From NCBI GenBank assembly GCA_043745805.1, contig JAYTSD010000042.1, positions 1 through 25,040 of the forward strand: a stretch of 25,040 nt of DNA, read 5' to 3'. The position numbers and the translations under genes were made by a program. Source of the DNA: Fibrobacteria bacterium (lineage in GTDB: Bacteria > Fibrobacterota > Fibrobacteria > UBA11236). Numbering within the stretch: the stretch's first letter is position 1; the number at the start of each line of letters is the position of its first letter. The notes below the pieces were generated by a model. It was given only the letters and a program-made list of their open reading frames with translations. It was not told where the DNA came from and ran no database searches. Below, piece after piece: positions 18,676 through 25,040 of the stretch.

Positions 18676-19618
18676 GGATACTTCTTGGCTCACATTACGC
18701 GATTTGCAATATATCGAGGCTTTAGCCGTGCATTTGCATTTTCGCAAGGCTTCGGAGGCCTGTTTTGTTAGCCAACCTGCTTTAAGCGCGCAAATCAAAA
18801 AAATCGAAGGCCTATTAGGTTTAATGATTTTCGAACGCAGCCATCATAAAGTAGCACTCACGGCCATGGGTGAAATCTTGGTGAAACAGGCCCGTATTAT
18901 CTTGGAAGAAGCGCGTAAGATAGGGGAAATATCGCAAGGTCAACAAGCGCCTATGTCTTCCAATTTACATTTAGGCTCTATAGCCAGCTTGGGGCCTTAT
19001 TTAATCCCGCATCTTTTATCGCCATTGCGTAAAACTTTCCCGCAAGCAAAATTCTTATTTAAAGAAGGGTTAACCCAAGGGTTACTCCACGATTTAAAAG
19101 CGGGTGAATTGGATATGGTTTTAGCGGCGGATACTTTTGAAGATGCAGAATTGAGAAAAATTCCAATTTTCCATGAGCCCTTTTGGTTGGCCATGCCTAA
19201 AGACAATCCTTTGGCTAAACAGGATTTTATTCGCGTGAAGGATATTCATTCGGAAGAAATGGTTTTGCTGGAAGACGGACATTGCCTTAAAGATCAAGCT
19301 TTGGAGTTTTGCTCTTTAAGCAAAGGAAAAAATCTACAAACCTTTCAGGCTACAGGTTTGGAAACCTTAAGGCACTTGGTCGCTAGCGGTATGGGCTATA
19401 CTTTCTTTCCTTATTTGGCGGTTAAAAATGATGTGAAGCTGAATCCTTTGCTGAAATACACGCCATTCGCAGACGAGAAAGTGGGTCGCACTATTGTTTT
19501 GGTTTGCCGTAAACATTATGCAAAAATGTCGGAAGCTGATTTATTGGCGCAATTCATTCGCGAACATTTGCCCGCAGGCGTGCATGAAATGTTGGAGAAA
19601 AAAGTTAAACCGAAATAG
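18674..19618 (+). CDS. oxyR: LysR-family hydrogen peroxide sensor OxyR
   Basis: HTH HFRKASEACFVSQPALSAQIKK; LLEDGHCLKDQALEFC with both redox cysteines; divergent from rubrerythrin. Confidence 0.92.
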   Translation: MDTSWLTLRDLQYIEALAVHLHFRKASEACFVSQPALSAQIKKIEGLLGLMIFERSHHKVALTAMGEILVKQARIILEEARKIGEISQGQQAPMSSNLHLGSIASLGPYLIPHLLSPLRKTFPQAKFLFKEGLTQGLLHDLKAGELDMVLAADTFEDAELRKIPIFHEPFWLAMPKDNPLAKQDFIRVKDIHSEEMVLLEDGHCLKDQALEFCSLSKGKNLQTFQATGLETLRHLVASGMGYTFFPYLAVKNDVKLNPLLKYTPFADEKVGRTIVLVCRKHYAKMSEADLLAQFIREHLPAGVHEMLEKKVKPK

Positions 19619-20270
19619 CCGCGTATTTTTCTTGGCCAAAGCGAATTTCTTCCAATAAAACTTTCACTTGCTGCGGAATATTTTCGGCCATGCTAATTTC
19701 CGAAACCATGGCGGCCACTTTTAAGCCCTGGGCAAAAATATTTTGCAAATGATTTTTTTTAATACCGCCCATAGTAGTAACAGAAATGTTACTCAACTTG
19801 GCTAGCCTTACTACCTCTGCTAAACCCAATGCAGGATAAGCACTGTGATCTTTGGTTTGCGTGGGAAACATCGGGCCTATATTGATATAATCGATAGGCA
19901 AAGATTGCGCCGCTTGCACTTCCATTTCATTATGCGTGGAAAATCCAATAATAGCCTGCGGACCTAATATAGTGCGCGCTTGCAGGGGTAACATATCGTC
20001 TTGCCCTAAATGCACGCCATCGGCACCAATCGCTTTCGCGATTTCCACTCTGTCATTCAGTAAAAGTATTGCGCCATATTCATGGCAAAGTTGTAAGATG
20101 CTTTTCGCTTCTTCGATAAATTCGGGAATATCCAATTCTTTATCGCGGTATTGCACTAAACGAATACCACCTTCCAAGGCATGCCGCACCACTTCGACTT
20201 GTGTACGTCCCGCAGTATAATGATGATCGGTTACAAAATAAAGTGGGGTAACCGAAAAGATACGGTTCAT
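19605..20270 (-). CDS. thiE: Thiamine-phosphate synthase
   Basis: VQYRDK, LLNDR, GVHLGQDD, GFSTH, FPTQTK, GGI. Confidence 0.95.
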   Translation of the reverse strand: MNRIFSVTPLYFVTDHHYTAGRTQVEVVRHALEGGIRLVQYRDKELDIPEFIEEAKSILQLCHEYGAILLLNDRVEIAKAIGADGVHLGQDDMLPLQARTILGPQAIIGFSTHNEMEVQAAQSLPIDYINIGPMFPTQTKDHSAYPALGLAEVVRLAKLSNISVTTMGGIKKNHLQNIFAQGLKVAAMVSEISMAENIPQQVKVLLEEIRFGQEKYAAISV

Positions 20271-21044
20271 TTAACGCAAACCTTCTTGCGGGCTGGAAGC
20301 CGATCCATATAATTTTTTAGGAATGCGCTCGGCCAAATAAGCTAAGCGTCCTGCTTCGCAAGCCAAGCTAAAGGCGCGCGCCATTTTCAAAGGATCTTTG
20401 GCACCGGAAATGGCGGTATTGGCAAGTACTCCATCGACGCCTAATTCCATAGCCCGAGCTACATCCGATGCGGTGCCCATGCCTGCATCGACAATCACTG
20501 GACAAGATAAGGATTCCATAATGATACGAATATTATTTTCATTTAAAATCCCCTGACCGCTACCTATGGGAGAGCCGGCTGGCATCACTGCCGCCACGCC
20601 TAAATCTTCCAACTTTTTCGCCATCACCGGATCATCGCTGGTATAAACCATCAAAATGAAACCTTCTTTTACCAAAATTTTTGCCGCTTCATAAGTGGCA
20701 ATAGGATCAGGCAATAAAGTTTTCGCGTCAAATAAAACTTCCAACTTTAAAAATGTCATACCTTGTGCGCGCGCCAAATGCGCTATGCGAATAGCATCTT
20801 CTACATTATAAGCACCCGCGGTATTCGGTAACAGCGCATATTTTTTAGGATCGATAAAATCAAAAATATTTTCACCTTTAGGCGCATTCAAATCCACACG
20901 CCCCAAAGCTACGGTAACCATCTCGGTACCTGTGAGTTTATGGCATTCGCGCATCACTTCAAAACTCGGGTATTTGCCCGTGCCAACAATAAGTCGGGAT
21001 TTAAATTCTTTATCCCCAATAATGAGGGGTTTGTCGTTTAGCAT
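20271..21044 (-). CDS. thiG: Thiazole synthase
   Basis: [36 protein letters not shown]. Confidence 0.97.
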   Translation of the reverse strand: MLNDKPLIIGDKEFKSRLIVGTGKYPSFEVMRECHKLTGTEMVTVALGRVDLNAPKGENIFDFIDPKKYALLPNTAGAYNVEDAIRIAHLARAQGMTFLKLEVLFDAKTLLPDPIATYEAAKILVKEGFILMVYTSDDPVMAKKLEDLGVAAVMPAGSPIGSGQGILNENNIRIIMESLSCPVIVDAGMGTASDVARAMELGVDGVLANTAISGAKDPLKMARAFSLACEAGRLAYLAERIPKKLYGSASSPQEGLR

Positions 21045-21194
21045 AATTCTTTACTCCAAGTCTGCTGCAAAAATACTTTTTATGTGTTTAAGCCCAAGGA
21101 ATGGATTCGATTGCGTTTTTTAAGGACTTAATTTTTTCATTTAACGCGGAAATTCGGTAAAACCCTCAAACTCAAGGGCTTATTAGCGATAAGC

Positions 21195-21223
21195 TTGCCT
21201 AAATCCTAAGTTCCAACTATCTT
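21195..21223 (+). promoter_or_regulatory. Putative sigma70 promoter of rpmE
   Basis: TTGCCT-17 nt-TATCTT, 30 nt before the rpmE ATG. Confidence 0.5.
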
Positions 21224-21253
21224 TACGGTTCATTCAAATTTTCGGAGCTTTCG

Positions 21254-21511
21254 ATGAAAACAGGAATTCATCCTAAATACACCATGCAACAGTTCACTTG
21301 CTCATGTGGCAACTTGATCGCGCTCAATTCCACTATCCCAGGACAGGGTGTTGAAATTTGTGCACAATGCCATCCTTACTATACCGGTAAACAAAAAACT
21401 CTCGATTCCGCTGGCCGTATTCAGAAGTTCACTGATCGTTATACCACCGTTGTGGGCGCAAAACGCAAAACGCGTCCTGCTACCAAAGCGGAAAAAACTG
21501 CGGACAAGTAA
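21254..21511 (+). CDS. rpmE: 50S ribosomal protein L31 (C+)
   Basis: MKTGIHPKY, CSCG, CAQCHPYYTGKQ, GRIQKF. Confidence 0.97.
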   Translation: MKTGIHPKYTMQQFTCSCGNLIALNSTIPGQGVEICAQCHPYYTGKQKTLDSAGRIQKFTDRYTTVVGAKRKTRPATKAEKTADK

Positions 21512-21530
21512 GACTAAGGTCTTAAAGCGT

Positions 21531-22595
21531 ATGCATTTCTTAAAGCGTCTCGTTCAGCAATTTAACGGGGCGCTTTTTTATTTGTGGAATGCCCAACCTG
21601 AAAGCATTGGCGGTCAAGCCGTGATGGAAGGCGTGATGATGCGCAGTCCTCGTCGCTTGGCAGTTGCTGTGCGTTCACCCGAGGGTAATATTGTTATCGA
21701 CAATAAAATTTTTGTGCCCTATTCTAAGCGCTTTAAAATTTTCTCCTTGCCAATTTTGCGTGGAGCCGCATCCCTCATTGAATCCTTAGCCATAGGAGTT
21801 AAGGCGCTCAATTTTTCCATGGAAGTTTTGGAAGGCAAAGTGGGCTCTAATGCTTCTAAAGCAAAGGCTGAAGCGACCGCAAACACTGATTCGACAGAAA
21901 TTAAAAAAGAAAATTTATCCGAGGATTCATCAAGCTTTTCAAAAAAAGCCACTTGGAAAGACAATGCCCTATTGAGCGGTAGCTTGGGTGTTTCCTTTGT
22001 TTTCGCCATCGCTCTTTTTCAATTATTGCCTTATGCCACGGTGACTTGGTTAGTCGGAGGTAACAAAGATGTTTCCCCCAATCCGGTGCTTTTTAATTTC
22101 ACCGCAGGTGCGGTGCGCATAGCACTGTTATTAGGTTATATGAAAGCTATTTCCTATTTCAAAGACATGAAAAGGATTTTTGAATATCATGGCGCGGAAC
22201 ATAAAAGCATTTTCGCTTATGAACAAAAAGTGGAATTAACTGTGGCGAATGCGCGCATGCAAACCCGTTTTCATCCTCGTTGTGGGACTTCCTTTATTCT
22301 TATTGTAGGCATGGTTTGCATTGCCTATTTTTCTGCTTTCGATTCCTTACTTCTGTATTATTTTCATTTGACTTATCCCAATTTTCTTTTCCGTTTCTTG
22401 GTGCATTTGCCCATGGTTCCTTTGGTGGCAGGACTTTCCTTTGAAGTGCTTAAGTTTACCGCCAAGCATCAAGACTCTATTTGGGTTAAACCTTTTATTC
22501 TTCCTGGCTTATGGTTGCAAAAGATTACCACTCAAGAGCCGGATGATAGTGAATTGGAAGTGGCTTTAGCTTCAATTCATGCCGCTTTAGAATAA
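21531..22595 (+). CDS. DUF1385 (YqhQ-like) membrane protein
   Basis: IGGQAVMEGVMMR, FEYHGAEHK, HPRCGTSF, PGLWLQKITT.EP; start set to ATG 21531. Confidence 0.92.
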   Translation: MHFLKRLVQQFNGALFYLWNAQPESIGGQAVMEGVMMRSPRRLAVAVRSPEGNIVIDNKIFVPYSKRFKIFSLPILRGAASLIESLAIGVKALNFSMEVLEGKVGSNASKAKAEATANTDSTEIKKENLSEDSSSFSKKATWKDNALLSGSLGVSFVFAIALFQLLPYATVTWLVGGNKDVSPNPVLFNFTAGAVRIALLLGYMKAISYFKDMKRIFEYHGAEHKSIFAYEQKVELTVANARMQTRFHPRCGTSFILIVGMVCIAYFSAFDSLLLYYFHLTYPNFLFRFLVHLPMVPLVAGLSFEVLKFTAKHQDSIWVKPFILPGLWLQKITTQEPDDSELEVALASIHAALE

Positions 22596-22668
22596 AATCT
22601 CTCCTAAGATTGGGCTTAAGCTCAATTAAAGGTTTAAATCCTTTCCCCCTTTTTTAACTTTCCAGTCC

Positions 22669-23754
22669 ATGGATTTACAATTACAGGCTCACAAGGTCAT
22701 CGAACGCAGTGAAGAAATCGAAAGCCAATTAGGCCGTCCCGAAATTCTTTCCGATATGAAAAAAATGCGAGAGATCAGCCGCACGCACAAAGGCTTGTCT
22801 GAGGCGGTCATAAATTCGCAAAAATACTTACAACTCTTTCGCGATAAAGAGGAATGGGAAAAAGCCGCGCAAGATGGTTCTGATCCTGAAATGCAACAAT
22901 TGGCTATTGCAGAATTAGCAGCTATTAAAGAAAATATTCCACCCGCTGAAGAAGCCTTAAAAATATCGCTTATTCCAAAAGATCCCAATGAAGAGCGCAA
23001 TGTTATTTTGGAAATACGTGCGGGAACAGGCGGCGATGAAGCCAGTATTTTTGCTGGCGATTTATATCGTATGTATAAATATTTTGCCGAAGCTCGCGGC
23101 TGGAAAGTAGCTTTGCTCAGTGCCAGCGAAGGCACTATGGGTGGCTTTAAAGAAATTATTTGTGAAATCGAAGGCCATGATGTTTATGGTTTGCTGAAAT
23201 ATGAAAGCGGTGTACATCGCGTACAGCGCGTGCCTGCTACTGAAACGCAGGGGCGTGTGCATACTTCGGCAGCTACTGTGGTGGTTATGCCCTTAGTGGA
23301 TGAAATGGATGATATTGAAATACGTGATGAAGATTTACGCGTAGATACTTATCGTGCCGGTGGTTCCGGTGGACAGCATATTAATAAAACCGATTCGGCT
23401 GTGCGTTTAACCCATCTTCCCACGGGCTTGGTTGTTGCATGCCAGGATGAACGTTCCCAAATTAAAAACCGTGCGAAAGCCATGAATGTTTTGAAATCCA
23501 GAATCTTGGATTTACAAATTGCCGAACGCGAAGCCAAGGAATCCGCTATGCGTAAATCGCAAGTGGGAACAGGTGATCGCTCCGCAAAAATTCGTACTTA
23601 TAATTTCCCCCAAGGCCGTATTACCGATCATCGCGTGAATTTGACTTTATATAAACTCGATATGGTGATGAAGGGTGATATTCAAGAATTAATTGATGCC
23701 CTAGGTGTGGAAGCCACGTCCGAAAAATTACGGGATTTGGAATTACAGGCTTAA
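22669..23754 (+). CDS. prfA: Peptide chain release factor 1
   Basis: [11 protein letters not shown] (PxT), [11 protein letters not shown]. Confidence 0.98.
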   Translation: MDLQLQAHKVIERSEEIESQLGRPEILSDMKKMREISRTHKGLSEAVINSQKYLQLFRDKEEWEKAAQDGSDPEMQQLAIAELAAIKENIPPAEEALKISLIPKDPNEERNVILEIRAGTGGDEASIFAGDLYRMYKYFAEARGWKVALLSASEGTMGGFKEIICEIEGHDVYGLLKYESGVHRVQRVPATETQGRVHTSAATVVVMPLVDEMDDIEIRDEDLRVDTYRAGGSGGQHINKTDSAVRLTHLPTGLVVACQDERSQIKNRAKAMNVLKSRILDLQIAEREAKESAMRKSQVGTGDRSAKIRTYNFPQGRITDHRVNLTLYKLDMVMKGDIQELIDALGVEATSEKLRDLELQA

Positions 23755-23757
23755 GGC

Positions 23758-24609
23758 ATGGCGCAGCCTTCTCTGCTGGAACTTCTTAATAAAGCCTCCG
23801 ACTATTTTAAATCTAAGAGCATTGAGGAATATCGCCTCGATGCTCAATTGCTTTTAGGGCATGTTTTAAAACTCAAGCGCTTAGAGTTATTCCTTAATTA
23901 TGATCGGCCTTTAACCGAAAAAGAAGTACAAGCTTATCGCGAATGTATACGCCGGCGCGGCCTGCGAGAACCATTACAACATATTATAGGCGAAATGCCT
24001 TTTCGCAATTTAAATCTCATTACCGATAAGCGCGCTTTAATTCCCCGTCAAGAAACCGAACTTATTGTGGATTTGGTTAAAGCCCATTTACTTCCGAATA
24101 AAAATAACGAGGTATTAGAAATTGGTGTAGGCACTGGCGCAATTTGTTTATCGCTATTAAATGAAATTCCCGAGATAAATATTTATGGAGTAGATATCTC
24201 CCAAGATTGTATTGCCTTGACTTTGGAAAATGCGATACGTAACAAAATAGAGGTAACTGAAAAGCTACGTCACGGCAATCTCTTTGAACCTTTTGGTGAG
24301 CAAACCTGGGATATTATTGTTTCCAATCCACCGTATATTTCCGCCCAAGAAATTTCGGAGTTACAGCCCGAAGTAAAAGACTTTGATCCGCATTTAGCAT
24401 TGGTTGGTGGAATTGAAGGCTGGGAGTTACCTTGGAAAATTATTTGTGAGGCTTATCTCCATTTAAATGCCAATGGCAAATTGATTTTGGAAATAGGGGC
24501 GGGACAATCTTCCTTATTGTTAGAAAAGGCTTCGGCCATGGCTTGGCAAAAAGCCTTTTCCTCTAAAGATTATAGCGAAATAGAACGGTTTTTGGTTTTC
24601 GAAAAATAA
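23758..24609 (+). CDS. prmC: Release factor glutamine methyltransferase
   Basis: EPLQHI, LIPRQETE, EIGVGTGAI, VSNPPY; follows prfA. Confidence 0.96.
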   Translation: MAQPSLLELLNKASDYFKSKSIEEYRLDAQLLLGHVLKLKRLELFLNYDRPLTEKEVQAYRECIRRRGLREPLQHIIGEMPFRNLNLITDKRALIPRQETELIVDLVKAHLLPNKNNEVLEIGVGTGAICLSLLNEIPEINIYGVDISQDCIALTLENAIRNKIEVTEKLRHGNLFEPFGEQTWDIIVSNPPYISAQEISELQPEVKDFDPHLALVGGIEGWELPWKIICEAYLHLNANGKLILEIGAGQSSLLLEKASAMAWQKAFSSKDYSEIERFLVFEK

Positions 24610-24714
24610 ATCTTCAAGTTAACGCTGTTTTCTTTCAGTCATTCTGCAATTAATAAAAAAATATGCCGAGTAATTTTTGAGTAATTGATGTTTATGATGC
24701 TTTTTAACCCTCGT

Positions 24715-24757
24715 TTGTTTACAGGTTATTCACAATTGTGGATAAAAATGTTGAAAA
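24715..24757. promoter_or_regulatory. DnaA-box cluster
   Basis: TTATTCACA 24726-24734; TGTGGATAA 24737-24745 (perfect, reverse); degenerate TTGTTTACA 24715-24723 and TGTTGAAAA 24749-24757. Confidence 0.65.
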
Positions 24758-24789
24758 CCTCTTGCCTTACCCTTTTTAATGAGTCCAAA

Positions 24790-24870
24790 GCAATAAAAAA
24801 AACTTTTTTTAAAAATTAATAAGCAAAACCCTTGTAACTCTATTGAAATCAAGTTACATTAGCCCCTCCC
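24790..24870 (+). promoter_or_regulatory. Stable-RNA-type sigma70 promoter
   Basis: A/T-tract UP-like element, TTGTAA (24832)-17 nt-TACATT (24855), GC-rich discriminator AGCCCCTCCC. Confidence 0.7.
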
Positions 24871-25040
24871 GAAATGAAAAAATCGGGTCTGTAATCCTCT
24901 GAGGTTGCAGGGTTTATTTGAGATAGAGATAAGAAGCAAGAAAAAAGAGAGCGGGTAGCTTTCGGGAGTATGAATAACTTTCGGGAGACACAAGCCAATT
25001 TAATTCACAAAGAAAAATGAGAGCAGCCAGCTCGAATTTA
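24868..25040 (+). other. Probable rRNA operon leader; the rRNA gene itself is not in the window
   Basis: No ORF; hairpins followed by a boxA-like GTTTATTTGAGA at about 24912; purine-rich leader. Confidence 0.5.

Noticed and set aside
21348..21530. Long N-terminal extension of the DUF1385 ORF
   Set aside because: Overlaps rpmE; ATG 21531 is the more plausible start.
1..25040. CRISPR array, tRNA or rRNA gene, or alternative genetic code
   Set aside because: No spaced repeats or cloverleaf seen; 16S sequence not reached; TAA, TAG and TGA all end conserved genes at expected positions.

Overview
Bacterial chromosomal window, moderately AT-rich; ribosomal-protein signatures suggest Fibrobacterota (inference, from memory). 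1-13118 is the 3' end of tuf followed by a contiguous S10-spc-alpha ribosomal superoperon lacking adk, map and rpsD, then uvrC. 15045-17897 is a ~2.85 kb accessory patch: an ArsR-family pseudogene broken by a 7-bp tandem repeat, an intact GC-richer secreted GH10 xylanase, apparent gene remnants (DUF1801-like, a conserved hypothetical, a decapitated antitoxin) and a full-length PemK/MazF toxin. Next come rubredoxin and rubrerythrin divergent from oxyR with a four-tetramer OxyR site, thiG-thiE, and rpmE-DUF1385-prfA-prmC. The final intergenic region holds a DnaA-box cluster and a probable rRNA-operon promoter and leader. I see no clear-cut novel system; the best leads are the accessory patch and the DnaA-box/rrn region.
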